DNA from: an uncultured Sellimonas sp.
GTDB lineage: Bacteria > Bacillota > Clostridia > Lachnospirales > Lachnospiraceae
Reading direction: 5' to 3'
Length of the DNA stretch: 64,000 bases
NCBI GenBank assembly: GCA_904393575.1
Contig: CAJFMZ010000001.1
Location: 1,010 to 65,009, forward strand
Shown: positions 36,738 to 44,230 of the stretch, in pieces
How positions within the stretch are numbered: position 1 is the stretch's first letter
Layout of the letters: each line of letters opens with the position of its first letter
Position numbers and translations under genes: made by a program
The notes under the pieces: model-generated
Database searches by the model: none
Seen by the model: the letters and a program-made list of their open reading frames with translations, nothing else
What the model was told of the DNA's origin: nothing

Positions 36738-38112
36738 GACCGTTCCTCCTTCTTTTCCTCTGCATTAAAAATACTGTCATCCAGAAGATCCGTCTTCCTT
36801 GCAACCACTGCCGCTGTTACATTGGCTGTCACAACGTTGGTCAATGTTCTGACCATATCTGTGATATTGTTAATCGGAATCAGCAAAATCACCGCGGCCA
36901 CCGGAAGGTTGATCGCACTGAACATGGAAACCGCAGTTACAACTCCGATTCCAGGGACACCCGCACTTCCCATGGAAAGGACAAGTGCCATAAACGCAAG
37001 AATCAGATAGTCCCCTACCGTCCATTGAATTCCTGTTGCGTTCACATAGAACATCGCCAGCAGAATCGTCCACACACAGGTGCATCCCGGCATACCGATT
37101 GTTGTTCCAAGCGGCGCCGTAAAATTGGCAACTTCCTCATCCACACCAACCTTCTGAGTCAGCCTGCTGATGGTAATCGGAAGAGAACCCACACTGCTCT
37201 GTGTGGTAAAGGCTGTTGCCTGTGCATCAAATGTTTTCCGGAAAAATTTCAACGGACTGAGTTTGGTACAGAACTTCAGGAGAACCGCATTGAATCCGTA
37301 GGTGTGAATCAGACACACAATATAAATCATGACAACCAGAAGCGCCAGCTGTACGAGCGCATCTCTGTCGCTGAAAAGCTGACTTGCTGATCCTGCAACA
37401 AGACACAGTACCGCATACGGCGTCAAATCGATCACATACGCAAGAATCCTGAAGATAATCTTCTTGAGTGCTTCCACCAGGTTTTTAAAAGACTTTACCT
37501 TGTCTTCTCCTTCTTCTGAAGCAACCCCGACATAAGAAACCGCAATCGCAACCGCAATGACAATAATAGCCACGACATTATCAGCTGCAAGATCCCCTAC
37601 AATATTGGTCGGAGCCAGATTTAAAAGAATCTGGTCAAAGGAAGTATTCATCTCCTCATATGCGCTCAGCGCGGAATCCGTCACACTGGAGATATCCGCA
37701 AACACGGCTCCCCCGCCTGTACCGATCCGGGTCACAAGACCAAAAACCAGACTGATCACAATTGCTCCTGCCGAAGAAAGCATCAGCCAGAATACAGACT
37801 TTACACCGATTTTCTTCATTTTTTCCATATCATTTAAGGTGATGAACCCTGAAATGACCGAAATCAGGACAACCGGCGCTACCAAAGCTGTAATAATGTT
37901 GACATAGACATCTCCAATCAGATCCAGCCATGTCAGGTACGAATTATTTTCGGATGAAATACGATACCTATCACTGCCCCCATGACCATACTGATCAGAA
38001 TCACGAATGTCCAGTTGACTCTGTACGCAATCCAGTTCAGCGCTTTAAAAAGCAGCAGAGTGATACACAGTACCAGTAATGCAATCCAGTTTACACTTAA
38101 CAGTGCATCCAT
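36734..38112 (-). pseudogene. tcyP: TcyP-like L-cystine/dicarboxylate:cation symporter (DAACS family) split by a frameshift
   Basis: The N-terminal 59 codons (ATG 38112, stop 37933-35) end ...GAVIGIVFHPKIIRT*. The body continues in another frame as ENNSYLTWLDLIGDVYVNIITALVAPVVLISVISG..., collinear with remembered B. subtilis TcyP. The track gives the body only a TTG start. Confidence 0.7.
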
Positions 38113-38249
38113 TCTGAATCCCTTCTTTCTAATTTGTTTATTTTTCAAAAACAATACGGTCAATATTTTATTATTTAGAAACAACTTATTCAAATTGTTT
38201 TTCTCTATACATATATTCAAAAAATTTATAACTCTTTCATACAAAAAAA

Positions 38250-38302
38250 GAAGACGATCCAAACACGAACTGCTTCTTCAGCCTGTCCCTGACATCGTCT
38301 TC
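38250..38302 (-). terminator. Terminator downstream of the ABC exporter pair
   Basis: gaagacgat (38250-58) pairs with atcgtcttc (38294-302), with a long loop. A U7 run follows on the minus strand (A-run 38243-49). Confidence 0.55.
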
Positions 38303-38362
38303 TCTGTTTGTGCTGTTTTCTACATAGCACAGATTCAAATCAAAACCGCTCCGGTAAAGGTT

Positions 38363-39970
38363 CTATTTACACAAATACCCTGTCTTTAATTCTTGTACTT
38401 GTTCTGCATATTTTAATAGCTTTTTGTCATGCGTTACAATAATTAATAACTTCTCTTCTTTTAGTTTTTCTAACACTTCCCCCATTTTTTGTTTATTTTC
38501 TTCATCCAGAGATGCTGTTGGCTCATCCATGATAAGAACAGGAGAATTTTTATATAGCGCCCTTGCAATCGACAATCTCTGCCGCTGCCCCCCGGACATT
38601 TCCAACACTTCACTATTCAAAATGTGATCCAGACCGCCATCTATACTTGATATCCAATCATTAAGATTCAATTTTTGAAAGAGTTGTTCCACTTTGTTTC
38701 GATCCGGTACCTCTTCATAGCCTGTAATATTTTCTAAAATTGTACCTTCCAGCAAAATATTATTTTGATCAACATATGCCGTGTTCTGTCTCAGATCGAC
38801 ATTTCTCTGCCTTTCTGAATCAAAATAAATTTCTCCCGTCTGGGGAATCAATAAGCCGCATAAAATTTTTATTAATGTTGTTTTGCCTGCCCCATTTTCT
38901 CCTATCACAACATTAATTTTATTTTTTTCAAATGAGCATGAAAGTTTCCTTAGGCCACCGCCATTTTCATATTGAAAACTCAAATTTTCAATCCGGATCT
39001 TCCCTACTTTATGCTGTTTTATAGGTAATTCTGTTGTTTCTGTTTCATTTTCCAGTAGTTTTATCAGACGTTCAATAGAGGTACTGCACTCTGTACTTTT
39101 TACCCGATAATTCCCCAGTTCTCTGGCAACCTCGCTAAAAAAGCTTGTCATATTTAATGTGGCAATAACCATGCCGATATTCATATTTGCATAAAGGCTT
39201 CCATAAAAAATAACGATCAACTCTCTAACGATATTGCATAAATACGATATCGCATCAAAGAGCAGCAACATTTTTTGCTTTTTTAATTCCTGCTTTGAAC
39301 ATGCATGTATCGTTTTCCTATGCTGTTCTAACAAACGCCGGCTAAATTTGTGAAAATTCAAAATTTCTATCATCCTGAACAATTCTAAAAAAGATTTATT
39401 TTCTTCGTCCACCTTTACTAAACGTTCTTTTTCACACGATTCAATCTTTTTCGCATAAATGTAAGATGAGGCTGAAATTACCGAACATATCAATATGCAA
39501 AAAAACAATACCCTGTCAAGATGTAAAACAATGCCACCCATAATCATAGAAATTACAATAGACTCAATCAGTTCAGACAACTGATTTTCAATGAAATCAA
39601 CGATCTTATTTTTGTCTTCTGTAATCATGGAAATCAATTTCCCATCATAATCTGATTCAAGAATACTCTGCTCTAAAAACTGTTCAAAAATTTTTTCTTC
39701 GATTTTTTCTCTAATCCGTACTAATTTTGTAAGTGTAATTTTTCGCAATAAACCTATTAAACAAAAACTGGCGCAAAAAGCACCAATCAATACTTTTAAA
39801 TTATGTGTGTCAATATTTTTCTCATAAACAATCAGATTTACCAAAATTGCCGCTATCATAGAAGCAGAATAGGCTGCCATGCCAATCAACGATGCTGTCA
39901 CTAACAATAAAACGATAATATTCCATTTATCTTTCCCACAAACCATTCTCCAATTATATTTCTTTCTCAT
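38363..39970 (-). CDS. ABC exporter, fused permease/ATP-binding protein (type I exporter half-transporter)
   Basis: About 300-aa TMD plus an NBD. Walker A GENGAGKTT, signature MSGGQRQR, Walker B LIMDEPTASLD, H-loop VTHD. Strongly AT-rich codon usage. Confidence 0.85.
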   Translation of the reverse strand: MRKKYNWRMVCGKDKWNIIVLLLVTASLIGMAAYSASMIAAILVNLIVYEKNIDTHNLKVLIGAFCASFCLIGLLRKITLTKLVRIREKIEEKIFEQFLEQSILESDYDGKLISMITEDKNKIVDFIENQLSELIESIVISMIMGGIVLHLDRVLFFCILICSVISASSYIYAKKIESCEKERLVKVDEENKSFLELFRMIEILNFHKFSRRLLEQHRKTIHACSKQELKKQKMLLLFDAISYLCNIVRELIVIFYGSLYANMNIGMVIATLNMTSFFSEVARELGNYRVKSTECSTSIERLIKLLENETETTELPIKQHKVGKIRIENLSFQYENGGGLRKLSCSFEKNKINVVIGENGAGKTTLIKILCGLLIPQTGEIYFDSERQRNVDLRQNTAYVDQNNILLEGTILENITGYEEVPDRNKVEQLFQKLNLNDWISSIDGGLDHILNSEVLEMSGGQRQRLSIARALYKNSPVLIMDEPTASLDEENKQKMGEVLEKLKEEKLLIIVTHDKKLLKYAEQVQELKTGYLCK

Positions 39971-40000
39971 AACTCCACCATTTATTAGCTTTTTATGTTC

Positions 40001-41572
40001 CTAATGTAAAAGATAAATATGATCTGCATATTCATCCATATCTGTTTCATGCATTGCTATAACAACGCATTTCTGTTTCGCTATTTCTAATATCATTTTT
40101 TCTATCTTATCTTTTACTTTTTGTTCTAAAGCAGAAAACGGTTCATCCAAGAGAAGCCAATTCGCATCACTGGCAGCCCCTCTAAGAACCTGAATGATTT
40201 TTTTCTCGCCTCCAGAAAGCATTTCACATCGTATCTTTTCCTTCATTTTTTTTGCCAGTTTTAAATCAAAACACTTTATGAAACTAATAATTTCTTCATC
40301 GCTAAGTTCATTGTTTACTATTTTAAAATTCTCTTTCATATCACTGCATAATACCGGATCCTGCGGTTCATATACACAAATCCGAAATAATTCTTCTCTT
40401 TCAATTTTTGTACTATTTAGATAAAACTCCCCATCTTTTACTTGAAGCAGACCAGACATACATTTAAGTAGCGTACTTTTCCCTTTTCCACTTTCTCCTT
40501 TTACTAGAATCAACCCCTTATCAGGTAAGATGATATCATATGATTTAAGAACTTCTGTATCCCCATAGGCATAACTCAAATTAATACCTTTTAATTCTGA
40601 AACTCTATCCTTATACCCTGTACTCAGATCTTTCAGAGTATTCAGGCTATAAAATTGTTCCAAAAATTCCATATCTGCTTTCTGTTCCTGCAACTTTCCT
40701 ATCCGTCCGGCAACCTCCATCATATGTCCCAGTAAATAGAAAAAGATAACGGATGACGATAAAATCCCGTCTTGTATCAGATTCATTTTTTTTGACAAAA
40801 GAGCCGTTATAACAGGAATGAGAATCATAATTAAGCATCTTCCGATTTGCATATATATTTCAACAATAGATTGATATATCTTTTTATTTTGTTCAATCCT
40901 TGACAAAAAATGAATTTTTTCTTGAAATTTCAATGTTACTTTGTTTTCCAGAAAATAACATTTTATAATCGACAGCCCTCTTATCATATTTTTTATTAAC
41001 AGTAAGCTCTGTTTTTCTATTTCATTCATTTCCTGTTGCTTCTTTTCAATTGGTTTACCTAAAATCATCGTTCCCAGCGGAATACATATCATCAAGATTA
41101 CAAAGAACAGATATCTGACATCCATGTAAACACAAATATAAACACTTAAAATAATCAGCATGCCCGCAGATATTCCTATACTCAAATAACTATCGACTAA
41201 CTCGCTACAGGATTTTATCTTTGTTACAAGTATTAAGTATTTTGCTTCTCCGCTCTGACATAATTCATAAGGTTCTATCTTCCATAAATATTCCCCCAAA
41301 TCTATTTTCAGTTTCTCATTCATATCTATATAATATTTATTCTTTTTCCCTTCAGATAGAAAATAAAAACTAACTGTTATTATCACAAATCCCGTCGTAA
41401 ACAACATAAAAGACAATTCTATTCCTTGTTCTCTATAAAAAAGCCTGTTCTCTAAACCGTTTATAAAAGGAATATATAAAAAAGCCAAAAAAGTATTTAT
41501 AATATTGAGCAACAGCATAATACAGAAATCTTTTTTGGTATTATCAATATAATAAATTACTTTCCTTTTCAT
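40001..41572 (-). CDS. ABC exporter, fused permease/ATP-binding protein with a divergent NBD (partner half-transporter)
   Basis: Walker A GESGKGKST, atypical signature LSGGEKKI, Walker B LLLDEPFSALE. AAGGAG RBS. AT-rich. Confidence 0.8.
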   Translation of the reverse strand: MKRKVIYYIDNTKKDFCIMLLLNIINTFLAFLYIPFINGLENRLFYREQGIELSFMLFTTGFVIITVSFYFLSEGKKNKYYIDMNEKLKIDLGEYLWKIEPYELCQSGEAKYLILVTKIKSCSELVDSYLSIGISAGMLIILSVYICVYMDVRYLFFVILMICIPLGTMILGKPIEKKQQEMNEIEKQSLLLIKNMIRGLSIIKCYFLENKVTLKFQEKIHFLSRIEQNKKIYQSIVEIYMQIGRCLIMILIPVITALLSKKMNLIQDGILSSSVIFFYLLGHMMEVAGRIGKLQEQKADMEFLEQFYSLNTLKDLSTGYKDRVSELKGINLSYAYGDTEVLKSYDIILPDKGLILVKGESGKGKSTLLKCMSGLLQVKDGEFYLNSTKIEREELFRICVYEPQDPVLCSDMKENFKIVNNELSDEEIISFIKCFDLKLAKKMKEKIRCEMLSGGEKKIIQVLRGAASDANWLLLDEPFSALEQKVKDKIEKMILEIAKQKCVVIAMHETDMDEYADHIYLLH

Positions 41573-41723
41573 TTTTTCTCCTTTAGATTTGTTTCAATGC
41601 ACAATATTTAAATCTATTTTATACTTTTACTTTATATTAATATCGTATAATACTTCAATCAATTTTGCATTCTTTTTCCGTCCATTTTTATTGTCATATT
41701 ATCTTTTTGCTTATATTCTCAAA

Positions 41724-41771
41724 CAAAAAAAGATATATATCTCCCCTCCAGAAAATACATATCTTTTCATT
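41724..41771 (-). repeat. Hairpin element copy A (terminator-like) downstream of the lipoprotein gene
   Basis: caaaaaaagatatatatctcccctccagaaaatacatatcttttcatt. It shares the 13-nt arm caaaaaaagatat and the 15-nt arm aaatacatatctttt with copy B at 44172-44223, in the same orientation. Confidence 0.65.
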
Positions 41772-41806
41772 GTAGAATCATTCTCCAACCAATTATCTAT
41801 AATCTT

Positions 41807-42334
41807 TTATAATATATTCTCAATCGCCGTCATAAGTTCATCATCTGCAAAATAGAAGTAATCCACCTTTCCATCTTCAAATGCCGTATCAATTTCCTGA
41901 TGAACTGTATCTCCGTTTACACGGATTTCCGCTTCATATCTTTCCGTATTCTCCTGATCCCCTGATGCATCTGATTTCCGGATCTTCTCAAAGGAAATCT
42001 CGCAGTCCTTCTCCTGTGCCGCATAATACAGGTTCAACGGAAATCCGCTCCGGTAAAAGTTCTGAAGTCCGGATTCCGTAAAATAGTCTCCGTAAGCCTC
42101 CTGAATCGTCTGACTCAGACCGCCGGACTGTGCTTCCGTATCTGTACCCGAAGAATCATCCTGCGCCGCCGCCAGGATCTGATCCGCACTCCCACCCGGA
42201 AATGTGAACAATTCCTCGCACAGTGCACACAGCTGCTGTGTGTCCGGGTCCTGACCGGCACAACCCGACAGCAGCATCGCAGCTATCATCAAAATTCCCA
42301 GGAGGAGGCGTCCTCTCTTTTTTATAATCTTCAT
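41807..42334 (-). CDS. Hypothetical lipoprotein
   Basis: Lipobox LLSGCAG. 175 aa. AAGGAG RBS. Its ATG overlaps the AAA-ATPase stop (ATGA at 42331-34). Confidence 0.7.
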   Translation of the reverse strand: MKIIKKRGRLLLGILMIAAMLLSGCAGQDPDTQQLCALCEELFTFPGGSADQILAAAQDDSSGTDTEAQSGGLSQTIQEAYGDYFTESGLQNFYRSGFPLNLYYAAQEKDCEISFEKIRKSDASGDQENTERYEAEIRVNGDTVHQEIDTAFEDGKVDYFYFADDELMTAIENIL

Positions 42335-44058
42335 ATCGTATCGTCTCCTTCTTTCTCCATCTCAATCCGACACCGCTTCCGGTAACATGCCACCCCGTAT
42401 TTCAGAATTGTATGCATCCCATCCTCAAGCAACATATCCGTGTAACGTCTCTCATTGATTTGGTGCAGCGCTTCCCGGCATCCGGTCTCCAGAGCGCCTT
42501 CTTCCGCATATTTTACTTCGATGACAATGCCAATCTTTTTCTCATCAATCTCAATCAAAATATCACTGTATCCATCTCCGGATTCCCGGTTGGATGTGAC
42601 ATACCAGTTTTCCTTATAACTCAGTAATCCCAGAAGAAGTCCATGAAAATAATTCTCTTTCATTTCCTTTCTCACAGCAGTGTCTCGAATACTGATCGTA
42701 CGGTTCAGATATGCATTCAGTTTTTGCTGTGCGTCTTCTGCATCTCCATTTGCAAATGCTTCGCAAAAGGCATTCAGCGCTTCTCCATCTCTGCGTGCCG
42801 TATCCTGAAACCATCTGGAAATCTGCTCTTCAAAAATATTCTGGATCTCTTTATTCGGAATTGCAAGCCGCATCTTGTTTCCATCGGACGCTCCCCTCTG
42901 TGTCAGGTATCCGGTTGTAAACAGCAGACTCCAGATATTGTCCTCCGAATCATACATATCCTTGTATGTCAACTCCTGCCGTATTGTTTTTACGATACTC
43001 TCACCGGAAATCAGGCGGCCGATTTCCTGCTTCGTGATAGAACGTGCATGCTCCAGAAATCTCCGAATGACAACGTTACTGCTCGTATTGGACCAAAATG
43101 CTTCCGGCTGTGCATTTGGATTCAGTCTCAATCTGCTGCAGTAGGAGATCACATCCCATGGGCAGTAGATTTCCAGATTCCCGAACTGATAGCCGTCATA
43201 CCATTCTTTTACCACATCGTAATATTCCAAAAGATCATAGTAATCCAGCATCTTTCTCACTTCTGTATCTGTAAAGCCGAAGTATTCCTCAAATCCCACC
43301 TCCGCAGCTGACAGAACATTAAAGTTATTCAATCCGGTAAAGATACTCTCTTTTGCCACCCGCAGACAGCCTGTCATCACCGCAAAATAAAGATTTTCAT
43401 TTGTCTTCAACGCGCGTTCAAACATATTGCGGATCAGCATAACCATCTGATCATAATATCCATTCTCATTTGCTTTTGCCAGAGGTACATCATACTCATC
43501 AATCAGAATCAATACCCGGCTGTCATAATGAATTCTCAATAATTCCGACAATGTATGAAGGCTGCTCATCAGAACGTCATCTGCCATTATGAACATGCCT
43601 TCATCTCCGCTTCCCAGACAGATCAGCTGGGCATACATTTCTTTCTCTCTGTCTGTCAGTCTTTCACTGTCAAGCAGAAACTGAAACCGCATGGCTTCCC
43701 GCCCAATCACAGAGCAGAGCATAGAACGGGCCGTTTCATAATCATTTCCATTTACACTTTTCAGGCTGATGGATATCACAGGAAATCTTCCCATATATTT
43801 CTTACAAAGTTCTGTATCCTCCGAAATAGACAGTCCGTCAAACAGTTCCTTCCGGCATCCTGTCTCAAAGAAATATTTCAGCATACTCATATTCAGAGAT
43901 TTCCCGAATCTCCTTGGGCGGGTAAACAAATTTACCTTTCCCCAGTTATAAAGCAGGTCCCGGATCATTCCGGTCTTATCAATATAATAAAAGTCCTCCG
44001 TCACAATCTCCTGAAAATCTTCAATTCCCACCGGAAGCTTCTTTTTTCTTTCCTTCAT
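42331..44058 (-). CDS. AAA-ATPase-like protein with a C-terminal PD-(D/E)XK nuclease-like domain (PF09820 + PF08011 architecture as remembered)
   Basis: The N-terminus KLPVGIEDFQEIVTEDFYYIDKTGMIRDLL...FTRPRRFGKSLNMSML is the hallmark of this family. C-terminal ...GDGYSDILIEIDEKKIGIVIEVKY resembles a nuclease core. Confidence 0.8.
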   Translation of the reverse strand: MKERKKKLPVGIEDFQEIVTEDFYYIDKTGMIRDLLYNWGKVNLFTRPRRFGKSLNMSMLKYFFETGCRKELFDGLSISEDTELCKKYMGRFPVISISLKSVNGNDYETARSMLCSVIGREAMRFQFLLDSERLTDREKEMYAQLICLGSGDEGMFIMADDVLMSSLHTLSELLRIHYDSRVLILIDEYDVPLAKANENGYYDQMVMLIRNMFERALKTNENLYFAVMTGCLRVAKESIFTGLNNFNVLSAAEVGFEEYFGFTDTEVRKMLDYYDLLEYYDVVKEWYDGYQFGNLEIYCPWDVISYCSRLRLNPNAQPEAFWSNTSSNVVIRRFLEHARSITKQEIGRLISGESIVKTIRQELTYKDMYDSEDNIWSLLFTTGYLTQRGASDGNKMRLAIPNKEIQNIFEEQISRWFQDTARRDGEALNAFCEAFANGDAEDAQQKLNAYLNRTISIRDTAVRKEMKENYFHGLLLGLLSYKENWYVTSNRESGDGYSDILIEIDEKKIGIVIEVKYAEEGALETGCREALHQINERRYTDMLLEDGMHTILKYGVACYRKRCRIEMEKEGDDTI

Positions 44059-44110
44059 TTTTCTTGGCTCCTCTCTGAAGATTGTGGATTATTTCTTTAT
44101 CATACTGCTT

Positions 44111-44139
44111 ATTTTACCATCCCGATTGCTCCTGAGCAA
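44111..44139 (-). promoter_or_regulatory. Candidate promoter of the AAA-ATPase gene, with a palindrome over the -35 box
   Basis: On the minus strand: TTGCTC, 17-nt spacer, TAAAAT (44111-16). The palindrome TTGCTCCTGAGCAA (44126-44139) covers the -35 box. Confidence 0.45.
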
Positions 44140-44171
44140 GGCAGTTTACGGTATTCACTTTTCTCTCCGGG

Positions 44172-44223
44172 CAAAAAAAGATATGTACCTCCGTATTCCC
44201 GGAAATACATATCTTTTTTCATT
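44172..44223 (-). repeat. Hairpin element copy B (terminator of pepP)
   Basis: caaaaaaagatatgtacctccgtattcccggaaatacatatcttttttcatt. Stem gatatgta/tacatatc with an inner tccg/cgga pairing, followed by a U-run on the minus strand. Confidence 0.7.
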
Positions 44224-44230
44224 TCTTTTT

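Noticed and set aside
38363-41572. Interpreting the AT-rich ABC pair as a bacteriocin/lantibiotic export locus
   Set aside because: There is no C39 peptidase domain at either N-terminus (both start with TM segments). No precursor-like small ORF with an RBS lies in the flanking 41573-41806 or 38263-38362 regions. No modification or immunity genes are present. I kept it only as an unassigned exporter.
41724-41771. Mini-ORFs running through hairpin elements A and B on the minus strand (MKRYVFSGGEIYIFFCLRI; MKKDMYFREYGGTYLFLPGEKSEY...)
   Set aside because: The shared nucleotides are the hairpin arms. The two peptides diverge completely after 5-6 residues and have no RBS. The conservation is explained by RNA/DNA structure, not by coding.
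41589-41855. 88-aa plus-strand ORF in the AT-rich intergenic region upstream of the ABC genes
   Set aside because: Its translation is low-complexity and rich in Phe, Ile and Tyr, as expected from AT-rich DNA. It has no RBS, and it overlaps hairpin element A and the end of the lipoprotein gene.
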